A stretch of DNA of 64,000 bases, taken from the NCBI RefSeq assembly GCF_009914755.1, contig NC_060935.1, one strand, 5' to 3'. This stretch comes from the human T2T-CHM13v2.0 reference genome, Homo sapiens. This document shows positions 12,350 to 31,465 of this stretch, piece after piece; position 1 is the stretch's first letter; every line of letters begins with the position of its first letter. Under the pieces are notes generated by a model. That model made no database searches and was not told where the DNA came from. It saw nothing but the letters and a program-made list of their open reading frames with translations. The translations under genes were made by a program, and so were the position numbers.

Positions 12350-13310
12350 TTAAGTTTTCATTCTCAACTAATTGTAGACTATGAAGAAGTTACAAAAACA
12401 GTACAGAGAGTTTCTGTATGCCTACCACCCAAACTACAGCAATAGTAACATATAACATAAATGTATTATCAAAAGCAAAAGATTGACATTGGTACCATCT
12501 AATTACTACACTTCAAATCTTATCAGATTTCACCAAATATCTACAGTACGATCTTACCAGATTTTACCAGTGTTTGCATGCACTCATTTTTGAAGTGAGC
12601 TATGCCTCTGTGTTTCATTCCATAATATTTTGTCCCATGTATAGATTCATATAACCAAAACCACATTGAAGACCTAGAAGTGTTTCTTCCCCACATTAGA
12701 GCCGCCTTGGGCTCCCCCTACTGTCATAGCCACTCTGTTTCTTCCCAAATCCCTTTAATCACTGATCTATTTTCCATCTCTATAATTTTGTCATTTCAAA
12801 CATGTTACATAAATGGAGTCATACAGTATCCAATCTTTTGACTTTGGCTTTTTTCATTCAGCACAATGTTTTCAAGATCCACCCAAGCTGCTGCAGGTAT
12901 CAGTAGCTTATTGCTGATTTTTTTTTAATGCTACCGAGTAGTGTTCCATTGCATGGATGTACTATGCTTTGTTTCACTATTCATAAGTGGAAGGACATTG
13001 TCATTTTTTTCTAATGTGGCATTTAAAAATAAAGCAACTAGAAACCTATGTGTACACATTTTTAAGTGAACCTAGTTTTCCTCTCCATATGATAAATTCT
13101 AGAGCTGGATTTCTGGGTTGTATGAAAATAGGATTTCCCAGCGTAGCTCTATCATTTTACTTTCTTACTGGCAATCCCTCCAAATCTCAGCCAATATTTT
13201 AGATTTTTTATTTATTGCCCCAAATATTAGTGATGTTGAGCATCTTTCGGGCATTTATTTGCCATGCATACATCTCCCTGTTGAAGCATCTGTTCATCTT
13301 TTGCCCTGGT
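12350..13310 (-). mobile_element. Old L1M fragment(s)
   Basis: Reverse L1M 3' motifs (ataaatggagtcatacagtat, gtgttccattgcatggatgtac, gtgatgttgagcatcttt). Boundaries approximate. Confidence 0.6.
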
Positions 13311-13329
13311 TGAATCCAGCTCTGCACTA

Positions 13330-13980
13330 ACTCCAGACCTGTTCCCATAGAACTGAATGTGGCTAGAGCAAAGTAAACAACCATGCCCCATTGTTTCACT
13401 TTATATTTATGACTTGCAACCTGAAATGTCCATTTATTTCTCCTGAAAAATAATCTAGCATTTCCATAATTGCCTCTCACTCTGCAAGCGAAACTCTTCA
13501 CACCATCTCTCTCTTGAAACCACTTCCTCCTTCTTTTTATCATTCTGAAGTGATGCACTGCTGAGAATTATCCACCTCGCCGTGCAAGCTACCTGCCCAT
13601 CTGTCTCTGAGCCCATTTCTCTGCCTTTTCTCTCATGCCAGGAAATGGGCTCTGTGTGCTCGTGTTTGAAACCATTCTTTCCACTTGAATGCAGTTTCCC
13701 TTGCCCCCTCTCCCTGAATCATTTTATAAAATCATTGGATCCCCCTCCCGCATCTTTCATATTTTCTTCTCTATTGGATCCTTCCATTACAGTTGAAATC
13801 CACTATCATATTCCTGGCTTAAATCACCACCCATGTCCATATTACCCTTCACTACAGCCTGATTTCTTTTCTTCACTTTAGAAAAAAATCTCTTCCAAAG
13901 AGGTTTCTACACTCATTATTCTCATTTCCTTTCCCATTCATATCTTCTCAAATCCCTATCTCCCTCTCTTAGCTAGGCCA
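13330..13980. mobile_element. Degraded L2-like fragment
   Basis: Pyrimidine-rich, L2-like text (ctctcttccaaagaggtttctacactc). Boundaries approximate. Confidence 0.4.
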
Positions 13981-14374
13981 TTAAATTTATTTTCCTTGTT
14001 TGAAAATTTATGTTGTCAAAGTAATAAAGTCACAAGTTTCAAAAAATTTTAATACACACAGTAAAAATTGTCATTCCCATTCCAGGTCCTCAGGCATACC
14101 TGCATATATATATATATATTTGTTTCAACTGTAGTGGAAGGATCCAATAGAGAAGTAAACATTGCAGGTGCAGAAGGGAGATTCAATAATTATATAAAAG
14201 AATTCAGGGGGAGGGGGCAGGGAAACTGCATTCAAGTGGAAACAACTATATATATGTAGTTGTTTTAGTATGACAAAGAATATATATGTATTCTTTTATA
14301 TATGTATTCTTATATATATTCTTTTACATATATTTATCCTTTGTCATACAAAATAGAAGTTGGTCTGTGTTCTT

Positions 14375-14910
14375 TTTTTAATGTTTATTTTTATTTTAAG
14401 TTTGAGGGTACATGTGCAGGATGTACAGGTTTGTTACACAGGTAAACATGTGCCATGGTAGTTTGCAGCACCTATCAGCCCATCACCTAGGTATGAAGCC
14501 CAACATGCATTAGCTTTTTTTCCCAATGCTCTCCCTCCCATCACGGCAGCCCCAACAGGCCCCAGTGTGTGTTGCTCCACTCCCTGTGTCCATGTGTTCT
14601 CATTGTTCAGCTCCTACTTGAAGTCAGAACATGTGGTGTTTGGTTTTCTGTTCCTGCATTAGTTTGCTGAGGATAATGGCTGCCAGCTCCACCCATGTCC
14701 CTGCAAATGACATGATCTCATGCTGCAATGAACATATGTGTGCATGTATCTTTGTAATAGAATGATTTATATTTCTTTGGGTATATACCCAGTAATGGGA
14801 TTGTTGGGTCAAATGTTATTTCTTGTTCTAGATCTTTGAGGAATTGCCACACTGTCTTCCATAATGGTTGAACTAATTCACTTTCCCATCAACAGTGTAA
14901 AAGCATTTCT
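14375..14910 (-). mobile_element. L1PA (about PA7/8) 3' fragment with an internal deletion near 14720
   Basis: gggtacatgtgcaggatgtacaggtttgttacacaggtaaacatgtgccatgg...gggtatatacccagtaatgggattg. Confidence 0.85.
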
Positions 14911-15506
14911 TTACTTTTTAAAAAAGAGAAACAAACACTAAAATAAGTGGTATCAGTCCATTATGAGACTTAGATGACTCTATGGTCTACATATTATTTT
15001 GTTTAAAGACTCACATCACAAGCTTACATTGCTTGACACTGATACCTAAGCTCACAGTTGGCAATTAAGTGCTCTAGAACAACAATTACTAACGAAGAGG
15101 TGGACCAGATGAAATGGGATGGGAGAGGCTGATATGTGAGTGAAAATGGGACAGAGGCCAAGAAACACCTCAACTAGGGATTCTGCCTCAAATGGCTGTG
15201 GTCTCCAATTTGCACCCATTCCCTGTAAAGGAAATCACAGAGCTGTCCAGCATCTTGATAAGCCTGGCTTGGTCACCAAATTTCCGTGCAGCTCCTAAAG
15301 GCATCTCTGAAATTGCAGGACACAGAAGGGTCCTCTGGAGTCACTAAATCCCAGAAAGGCTCTTCTACTTTAGCACAGGATGGCTGTCTACTTCTAGATA
15401 GAAGAAGGAGCAAATGTAAGGGTATATATCAAGAATTGTCTTCTTTCCAAAGTCAGTTATGGGTTTTTGCTATAAATTCACATTCCTGTGTTTTCTCCTT
15501 AGGGTG

Positions 15507-15846
15507 TGTATTAGTCGGTTCTCATACTACTAACAAAGACATACCTGAGACTGGGTAATACATAAAGAAAAAGTTTAATGGACTCATAGTTTCAGAGGCC
15601 TCACAATCATGAAGGAGGAGCAAAGGCACATCTTACATGGTGGCAGGCAGGACAGCATGTGCAGGAGAACGGCCCTTTATAAAACCATCAGATCTCGTGA
15701 GAGTTATTCACTATCACGAGAACAGCAGAGGGAAGACCCAACCCATGATTCAATACTTTCCACTGGGTCCCTCCCCTGACATGTGGGCGCTATGGGAACT
15801 ACAATTCAAGATGAGATTTGGGTGGGGACACAGCCAAACCATATCA
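15507..15846 (-). mobile_element. THE1-type solo LTR, unit-B specific
   Basis: tgtattagtcggttctc...gggacacagccaaaccatatca; TSD gggtg/ggatg. Confidence 0.88.
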
Positions 15847-17843
15847 GGATGCTACATGCAGGGAGTCATTAGCTTGCTTGAGGAAAAGTCAGGAGGCATG
15901 AAGCTTCTTTCTTGAAACTGAGTGCTGGCAAACATGATTGTAGGAGTTCCAAATGGGGTCAAACAGACTTTTCTCCCTACTATCTATCTCTCCATGGCCT
16001 CTCCTCTATTTCAACCATTCAAATCTTCTGTCATGGAGAGAATGCTGCCTCTTACATTCATTATGGAGCAAAGAGACATGCAGGCATTGCTTCCCAGAGC
16101 TAAACTGCTCTAAACCCAGGTTTTACTGCATTCCTTGCTTTCAAAGTTATTCTGAAATAATAATAATAGTTATCCAGGAAGAAACAAATGGTCCAACATG
16201 AAATAATTGAGGAGTATTTTACGCCGGGATTACTTACAAAAAAAAATTCTGGCTTAAAGGAAAGTGACAATGCATGGCGATGCAACCTAAGGCAAGCAAT
16301 AAACACTATTTCCTCCCCTAGGCTTACAGGGACAGGAAAAGAGCAGTTACCATTAAAAGCATAGCTGTAGCTGTAACTGTAAAGGTGGGAGAGGATGAGG
16401 CAGGTGGAGAACCCTGCATCACCATCACACAGCATCACAGGCAGAGAGCCAGAAATCCCAAAATTGCTGTCCTCCTGCCCTCCAGTCTCCTGCTAGTGTC
16501 TCCTAGTTGCTCAGTTGAACCAGAAACCAGAAGGAAAAGAATCTCATTTATGAGGTACATAGAAGCCACCATCTTGGAACGCCAAATAGGGTAGAAAAGA
16601 AGGGACAAAAAATCCTTAGGGAAAATGAGACTATCTCTCTGACCTTCTTATATCCTCCTACTTTCTGGGGTTTTTCTCAATCTAAATGTCATTGAATCAT
16701 GTATCATCACAGCTCCATCTATTTTTTTTTTTTCTGTTTCCACCTTCTCTCTCTAGTGTCAATTTTATGGACAAACACCCACATTAATTAAAAATGACTA
16801 ATTGGAAGATAATTTTTAAGAGAAAATATATTTCTTTTAGTTTGAGTATAAGCTTAGTTGTTCTAATAAAGATATCTTTATTAAATCAAAATATCTTAAA
16901 CAAGAAAGTACAGTGGATTCTCCATATCCATAGTTTCCACATCCAGGGATTCACCCAATAGCAAATCAAAAATGGTCAGAAAAGGAAAATAAAAAAGGAT
17001 AGTGACATCTGTACTGAATAGGTACAGACATTTTTATCCTTTCTTCCCTAAAAAATATAACAACTATTTATACAGCATTTAGATGGTCTTAGGTATTATT
17101 AGTAAAGTAGAAATCATTTAAAGTATATAGGAGAATGTGGGTAGGTTATATATAAATGCTATGCCATTTTCTATAAGGAAACTGAACATCTGGAGATTGT
17201 GGTGCATGCAGGGGTCCAAGAATGAATTGCCTGTAATGCCCAGGAATGAATGTATCTTAGATATAAGTTGGAGGCTTCAAGGCATCATACATTAAGACTC
17301 CAAAAACTGCTGCTTCCCAGTCCATAGAGTGGAGTCCTCATTCTTTGTGGTCTTACTGGTTCCCACCCACATCAGCATTCTAGCCTGATGGAAAAAGAAA
17401 GAGGGAAAGGGGAGCCTGTACTTCTTCCATTGATCCCACGAGCCCGGACTTCCTTACATCACATCTGCTCACCTTCCACTGACAAGAACCTGGTCTTATG
17501 ATGTCATCCAGCATCAAGGAAAACTGGGACATGTGTCCTTGTGCTGCTCTTAAATGCTCAGAATTGTTATGTCACTGAAGAGGAGAATGGAGATTGGGGC
17601 AACTTGGCAGTCTCTGAAACCCTTGATTATCTCTGAGATTTTTTGCTCACATCAAGGTTTTTCAGGAGCTCCTCAGAAATAATGAATGATGGGGCAGAGA
17701 ACAGTACATAAGTCTCATACAGGGATGTTGACATGGGGCCTGCTCTTTGTGATATTGGAAAAACAAGTCTGACTCTTGTAGCCTCAACTCCTTCTTATGT
17801 CAAATGAGAATAGTACAATAGATAGTCTTTAAGGAACACATGC

Positions 17844-18220
17844 TGTATTAGTCTGTTCTCACACTGCTATAAATATACTACCTGAGACTGAGTAAGTTAC
17901 AAAGAAGAGAGATTTAATTGACTCACAGTTCCACATGATTTGGGAGGTCTCAGGAAAATTACAGTCATGAAGGAAGGTGAAAGGGAAGCAAGTCATGCCT
18001 TACATGGCAGCAGGAGAGAGAAAGAGAGAGAGAGAGAGAATGGGAAAGTGCCAGACACTGAAACAACCAGAACTCGTAAGAACTCACTTGCTATCATGGG
18101 AACAGCAAGGGGGAAATCCTGCCCCATGATCCAATCATGTCCAACCAGCTCCCTCCCTCCACACATGAGGATTACAACTCAAGATGAGATTGGGTAGGGA
18201 CACAGAGCCAAACCATATCA
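17844..18220 (-). mobile_element. MSTA-like solo LTR, unit-B specific
   Basis: tgtattagtctgttctcacactgctataaa...cagagccaaaccatatca; perfect TSD catgc at 17839-17843 and 18221-18225. Confidence 0.9.
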
Positions 18221-19671
18221 CATGCTAAATGTTGGTGATACTACAGTGAACAAAAACAGGCATGGCTTACTCCCTATGGAGCTTCAGGTTTAATGAGGAA
18301 GACAAATGTTTCAAATGTTAAATACGGTATATCAAATATATACCCTAAATATAGATGCACAAACTGTTAAGTGCCCTGAGTGGGGATCACAGTTTTCCTT
18401 CCATTTCCCTTTCTGGCCCAAGGCTGTGGCAGCTTGTTTCTCTAAGACAGCTCAGGATGGATGCACTCACTTTTGATATCTCTCTGTACACCTGAGGAAG
18501 GATGCATTTTGTTTCCACTTGGATGCTTTCTACGCCTGTGGCTCCTCAGGATTCCAGAGGAAAGCTTGACTTCATGAGGAAGGAAAGGGTCTCTGATTTC
18601 CTTATTGTGCTCCTAATTGGTTTCCCTTCACTCTCATTTGTTAGATATTAGGTTGGTTTCTTATTGTCTCCAGAGTTTACTTACGTTACTTTTTTCAGTC
18701 CACAGTTTTGACTACCATCTTGGATTTATATTGGGAATTACAATGTCCTCTGCTTTCCCACACAGTGATGTGTAAGCAACACACAGTGGTGCTGGATCCA
18801 AAGGGTTGGCAAAAAAGATAAACTCTGAGGCAGCCCTGCTGGGTTCTAATCCACATCGTGTGAGACTAAGAAATAATTACACATCCTTTATGTCTTCCTT
18901 TGTCATCTCCTGTAAAATGGGAATATTACTAATTCTTCTTACTTCCTAGGCTCTTGAAAAGATTAAGAGGGATAATACCTAATAAATACTCAACTGGTTA
19001 CTGTTATTCACCCAGATGGAAGCTAGTCCTCTTTCTTCAGTTAAAATCTGCATGAGCATGTCTCTTTACATTCCAAGCCCTGAAATTTTTCTGGTTCCCC
19101 TCAGGAACTCCTCTGAAACAAAAGTTTGCATTAGCAAAAGAAATTCTACCCAAGATCTGGGAGAGAGAATGAAGTAGGTTTGTGTTATGCACACCCAGCA
19201 CACCACTTAGAAGTTCTCCAGGTCTATTTCCACATTTCAATTGCCTCCTTCAGTGACACTCAGACCTCACGCTCACTTACTTTTTCCTCCTGTATATTGC
19301 TGAGCAATTCAGCTCAGACCCACACCCTACCTCAACGCTGTATACCAAAATGCTTCTAGGTGCTCAGCAAAGCCAACACCGAGTCCTCATTTCAAAGTCA
19401 CATCAGTGATCAGATATTTAGGCTCACATAGGTAATTCTTTTTAACACAGACAGAGCTGTCCACAAATAGAATTCTGATGAATGAAATTTTCTTCATCTT
19501 ATGCATATATGTGTTCTGATACCTTTAATTGTGCTTTCATTTTTATTTTCTATTTAACTCAAATCTGCCACTACCATTAGGCTCCTCATTCATGCATTCA
19601 CTCACTGAATAAATGTTTGTGGAGAATATAGTGTGCCTTACATGGAGCTAGGCACTGGGAATATAAAAAGT

Positions 19672-20251
19672 GGTGCTCCTTCCTGGGGATTAGCCCAAGC
19701 AGGTTCTTGGCTTTGTACAGAAAAGAATTCAAGGGCAAGCCAGTGGTGTTAGATAGCAAGTTTTATTAAAGCAGCAGAGGTACTGCTCCTTGCCAAGCAG
19801 GGCTACCCCACAAACAGTGTGTCCAGAGTAGCAGCTCAGGGGCAGTTCTGCAGTCATATTTATGCCCACTTTTAGTGATACACAAATTAAGGGGCAGTTT
19901 ATGCAGAAATTTTTAGGATAAGAGTGGTAACTTCCAGGTCATGAGGTAGTTGCCATGGAAAAAAGTGATAATTTCTAGATGTCACCATGGCCATAGTAAA
20001 CTGACATGGCACACTGGTGGGCATTCTTATGGAAAACTGCTTCCACCCAGCCCTGTTTTAGTTAGTCCTCAATCTGGTCCAATGTCAGAGTCCTCACCTC
20101 CAGAGTTGAGTCACACCTCCTACCTCAGTGGCATACTGGTGGCCATGTCCTGTGGAAAGCTGCTTTCACCCTGGCCTTGTTTTAGCTAGTCTTCAATTTG
20201 GTCTGATGTCTAAGTCCCTGGCTCCAGAATCAAGTCCCACCTCTTACCTCA
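19672..20251 (-). mobile_element. ERV1-class (MER4-group) LTR sequence with a duplicated terminal ~120 bp, unit-B specific
   Basis: ggttcttggctttgtacagaaaagaattcaaggg...cctcctacctca. The terminus occurs twice (about 20006-20127 and 20128-20251). Absent from units A, C and D. Confidence 0.7.
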
Positions 20252-20775
20252 CTGTCTTCAGTGACTGACATGCTGAGCCCTTTCTAGCCTACCAGGCCCA
20301 GCCATCCTTACATCTGTCCCAGCAAAACGCTACATTCCTTTCATGTCCCTTAATCATGATCTTTTTCCTCCATGGATACACCACTGTTAGTCATGGAGGT
20401 GTCAGAGTCACCTTTTTGTCTTTCTGAATTCCTGCACCTGAGAAAATTTCTGGCCCAGTCCAGAGTAATGCTCAGGCCCATAGCCCTAGCTGGTTGAATG
20501 GAGAGGTTTTGATCAAAGAATATTTCCATGTGAGTAGAGAACCTTGTTGCAATAGAGAGAGCCCAGGCTTTAGTGTCAGCAAGAACTGGTTTGAAACCAG
20601 ATCCAAGGCCTCCTGATATTTTAATTGGTTATTCTCCATATGCCCCAATTTTTCTCTTCTGAAAAATGGGAACAGTAATTCACACATTGCAGGGTGGTCT
20701 TGAGAATTAGAGATCACACAGCTGGAGCTCAAATCTCCTTGCCTTTCCCTAGGCACCAGTGAAGGGTTTTGGAGC

Positions 20776-21831
20776 GTGGATCCAACCATCCCAGTTTGGA
20801 GGACAAAACTCACATCAATGAATGGAAATGAAAAGAACCTTTCTTGAACTTGTGACTTGGAGACCCTGATCCCAAACTTACTGACGTGCATCATTGCCCT
20901 GGATGGGCTGGCAGGAAACGCGGTTGTGCTCTGGCTCCTGGGCTTCCATGTGCCCAAGAACACATTCTCTATCTACATGCTCAACCTGGCCAGACGGACT
21001 ACCTCTTCCTCAGCGGCCACATTATACATTCCCCGATGTAATTCATCAGCACTTTCTCTTCCATCTCCATCTACTTTCCTAGCTTCTTCAATGCTGTGAT
21101 GATCCTTTCCTACCTTGCAGGGCTGAGCATGCTAAGCACCATCAGCATCAAACACTGCATATCTGCCCTGTGGCCCATCTGGTACCACTGCCGTCGCCCC
21201 ACACACCTGTCAGCAGTCCTGTGTGCCCTGCTCTGGGCCCCGTCCCTGCTGCTTGCCTTCCTGGAAGGTTACTACTGTGCTTTTCTGTTTAAGATTGGGG
21301 ACTACAGTTGGTTTCAGACATTTGATTTCATCACAGGCACGTGGCTGATTTTTAAATTTGTGGTTCTCTGTGGGTCCAACCTGGTTCTGCTAGTCAGGAT
21401 CCTCTGTGGCTCCCAGCAGATGCCACTGAGCGGGCTGTAGATGACCATCTTGCTCACAGTGCTGGTGTTTCTCCTATGCAGCCTGCCCCTTGGCATTCAG
21501 TGATTCCTGTTATTCTGGACTGAAAAAACTTTCATGTCTTCCTTTGTCATGTTCTTCCAGTTTCAGTTGTCTGGTCCTCTCTTAAAGCAGTGCCAACCCC
21601 ATCATTTACTTCTTCTTGGGCTCCTTCAGGCAGCGTCAAAATAGGCAGACCCTCAAGCTGGTTCTCCAGAGGGCTCTGCAGGACATGCCTAGGATAGATC
21701 ACAGAGAAGGATACTTTGCTCAGGGAAAGCTGGAGCTGTCGGGAAGTGGATTGGGGCAGCAATTTTCATCTGATGCAATGAATCTCTGTCCAAAACCACG
21801 CAACTCTTCTTTATCATTGTTTCCTCCCTGA
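20776..21831 (+). pseudogene. Unprocessed MRGPRX pseudogene, mostly MRGPRX2-like
   Basis: The start codon is GTG (20776). In-frame stops: TGA 20845, TAG 21438, TGA 21501. Frameshifts near 20993, 21530 and 21585. Fragments read [43 protein letters not shown] and [18 protein letters not shown]. The paralogous upstream region is retained. Confidence 0.93.
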
Positions 21832-22074
21832 TAATATTGAAAAAGATTCCTTATTTATCTCTCAGTCTATGTTCCCCTGAAAATCATGTTCTGTTCTGAG
21901 ATTGGAGTTGGGGACGTTGCTGCAGGTGGAAAGCTCAATTCTGAATAAGTGAGCTCTCTATCTTTCAATCTCACTGAATTCTCGGGTGTTAGGGAGAATA
22001 ATGTCCTTGGAGACAGACTCTCTGCCTGCATAAAAATAGTCTAGGAAATTGGTTTATAGAATAAGGAAATTTAA

Positions 22075-22670
22075 AAAGTCAATTTTGTACAATTGTACAA
22101 TGTGTTTGTGTTTTAAGCTAAGTGTTATTACATAAGAGAAAAAATTAAAAATTAGAAAGTTCATAAAGTAAAATAGTTACAGTAAACTAAGTTTAATTTA
22201 TTATTGAGGAAAGAAAAATTTTTAATAAATTTAGTGTGGCCTAAATGTACACTGTTTATAAAGTCTGCAGTAGTGTACAGTAATATTCTAGGCCTTCACA
22301 TTCACCCACCACTCACTGACTCACCCAGAGTAACTCACTGTCCTGCAAGCTCCATTCGTGGTAAGGGCCCTATACAGGAATATCATTTTTTAATCTTTAG
22401 TACCACACTTTTAGTGTACCTGTTCTATGTTTAGATGTATTTAGAACACAAATACTTACATTGTGCTATAACTGCCTACATTATTCAGTACAGTTATTGC
22501 TGTGTAGGTTTGTAACTTAGAAGCAATAGGCCATAGAATGTAGCCTATGCATATAACAGGCTATACTATCTAGATTTGTCTAAGGACATTCTATGATGTT
22601 CACACAACAATGAGATCGCCTAAGGATGCATTTCTCAGAATGTATCCCTGTTGTTAAGTGAAGCATGCTG
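22075..22670. mobile_element. Tigger3-like DNA transposon fragment (one end only)
   Basis: ctaggccttcacattcacccaccactcactgactcacccagag...gatgcatttctcagaatgtatccctgttgttaagtga. Confidence 0.75.
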
Positions 22671-24635
22671 TGCCTGATTTATCAAAATACAATGTAAATC
22701 AATGAAATACGAGTATGAAAGTAAAAGTGTAGGTTCAGTGAAAACTAATGTGCATGCTAAAAGGAGCAGTAAAGGCTGGATTCAAAATTATTGTTATCGA
22801 ATTTTAGCTGTGAGCCTGACAACTGTTCTGCACTGAAAAAATTTAACAATATTGAGAAACATCTTCCTGCAGAATTTCTTTCATATGATGCTATGATCTC
22901 CATTTTAATAAAGTCAAACTGCAAGTGATAGACAATGCTTGATGGATGTGCTTTCTGCAAGACAGGTAGAGTAGAATTCTATTTGCTGAACACTTCTCAA
23001 AGGAAAGTCCTTCATCTCCTTCATTTTTGGTAAGTGAATTCTACTTACAAATAAATTTTTATATTATAAATATATCTTTTTTTACAAATGCCGTTTAATA
23101 GACCTTTGCATTTGAACTGTCCACTTTCAGTGCTGAATTTGTCACTAAGTTGGCTTTTCATAGCAATGTCATATGCTCATTCTTCTGTTTATTCTATAAA
23201 TACATACTGAGAATCATCCATCTTCTAGCCTGCATGCCAGACACTGGGGCATCAGAGAAAACATACCCATCTTCACAGAGCTTACAGTCTGTAAAAGGAT
23301 GGAGCCTAGTGCAGGGAAGACTGCTGCACACTGTGAAACATGCTATTACAGAGCTGCATCTGTGGGTCTAGGGTGCTCAAAGGAGGAGGCATCTAAAAAC
23401 TCTCAGTTCTCTTACTCCCATCCTGAAGGGGAATATCACATCCAATTTCCCTCGTACGCATGACAATATGGTTCCAAAAATTAAGGGAGGGTTCACCAGG
23501 TGGCTACACATGAGGATGAAATACATCCTCAGCAAAAGGTTTACAATTGATGGAAGGGCAAAACTCATTCTGCCGAATCTTGTAACGTTGCTCAGTCTAC
23601 AGTCTGATGTATCACCACTGCACAATTTGTGGAAACATTTCTCAAGGAGAGTCCCTACAGGTGTGTAGGCCATAGGCATTACAGAACTACCTGCTTCCAC
23701 CACCCTGTATTCCACCAGAGGAAGCCCTTGCCGCCGGTAAAGCCCAACTTAACATCAGGAAATCCTGGGATATGTAGGGATGCAGAATGGACAATGCTAG
23801 ATTGGAAAGAACAGTGGACCTGGAGTCAGGGAACCTGGATTCTCATGTTGACTCCATGCCAACTTGGGTCACATGCCCTATCCAGGCCACTGAAGCAGCT
23901 AGTGAGTTTATGAGATTTCTCTAGTCTGAATCTTATGCCAGTTGTGTCCAGGTAAAAGAAACCATTGGTGGGAGCTTACTTTACCATAGACTTGAAGGTA
24001 ACTATCATTGAGAGTCAGGCAGATGCAGAAGATCACATATCTACATCGTGACTATAATGACATTGAGCATATATTCTTCTCACACATGTGAAAATTACCT
24101 AGAACTCAGACAATAGTGTGGTATGTATTGGGCACCAATATTGTCAGTGCACAAATGGTGACTATAAAAATAGATGGAATTTAGCTCCTGTTTTCCAGAA
24201 GCTACAGTAGAGTGTGGAAGAAAAGATCCTATTACACATGCTTATCATATTGGCAAAGATGGCTCAAAATCCACTAGGATTAAACACTGAGATTGGAGCA
24301 AAGGGTAAAAACCCCATTAATAAGTGTGTCTAGGGTGGTGAATAGACCAGGGAAGGTTTCTTGAAATACTTGGAATTTGAAGTGACAACTCTACAATTCG
24401 CCCAGCTTGTACCCTCTGTCTCTTCAACCAGTCACATACATTTTTGAATTAGGCAATGAAAGCTAAATATGATCTGGACAGATGGAAATGGTAGAAAAGG
24501 TAATTCCTGGTGGCACTGCAAATAAAAGCATAGAGTTTTTTGGGAATGGCAATCAGAACATAAATGTTTCATTTCTTTTGCCACCACAGGCATTTGGACA
24601 TGGTTGTGAGAACCCTCTTAAAAGGCTCAAGGATG

Positions 24636-25041
24636 TTCAATTCCCACCTATGAGTGAGAACATGCAGTGTTTGGTTTTTTTGTCCTTGCAATAGTTCACT
24701 GAGAATGGTGGTTTCCAGCTTCATCCATGTCCCTACAAAGGACATGAACTCCTCCTTTTTTATGGCTGCATAGTATTCCATGGTGTATATGTGCCACATT
24801 TTCTTAATCTAGTCTATCATTGATGGACATTTGGGGAACATCACACACCGGGGCCTGTCGTGGGGTGGGGGAGGGGGAGGGGTAGCATTAGGTGATATAA
24901 CTAATGTAAATGACGAGTTAGTGGGTGCAGCACACCAACATGGCACATGTATACATATGTGACAAACCTGCATGTTGTGCACATGTACTCTAGAACTTAA
25001 AGTATAATAATAAAATGAAAAAATAAATAAAAGAAAAAAAT
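24636..25041 (+). mobile_element. 5'-truncated, 5'-inverted (twin-primed) L1PA stub
   Basis: Antisense L1 at 24636-24834, then sense 3'UTR and A-tail. TSD aa(a/t)aggctcaaggatg at 24620-24635 and 25042-25057, at a TT/AAAA site. Confidence 0.92.
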
Positions 25042-25286
25042 AATAGGCTCAAGGATGGAGTGCTCTGAACAACGAGTGATGTCTGTTGTGGCCTTGAAGT
25101 GGTAGAGGTTGACATCTATTTTGTGAAATTAGTGGACCGTGAACTAAAATACAGTCAAGTCTGGAGAGAGCCAGCCAGGTCACCCCAGCAGGACAAGCCA
25201 AAAACCAAAGTCTTGCTCTCCCGACTCTTCCCCCTGGTATATGTTCAACCCTTCAGTGTCAGAAAACACCAAAAAAAGCAAGGGGG

Positions 25287-31465
<6,179 letters not shown>

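Larger units (their letters stand above)
14920..25285 (+). repeat. Older, more diverged MRGPRX unit B (pseudogene unit)
   Basis: Colinear homology with unit A upstream (15170-20750 vs 1-4676) and downstream (22675-25285 vs 8950-11290). Confidence 0.9.
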
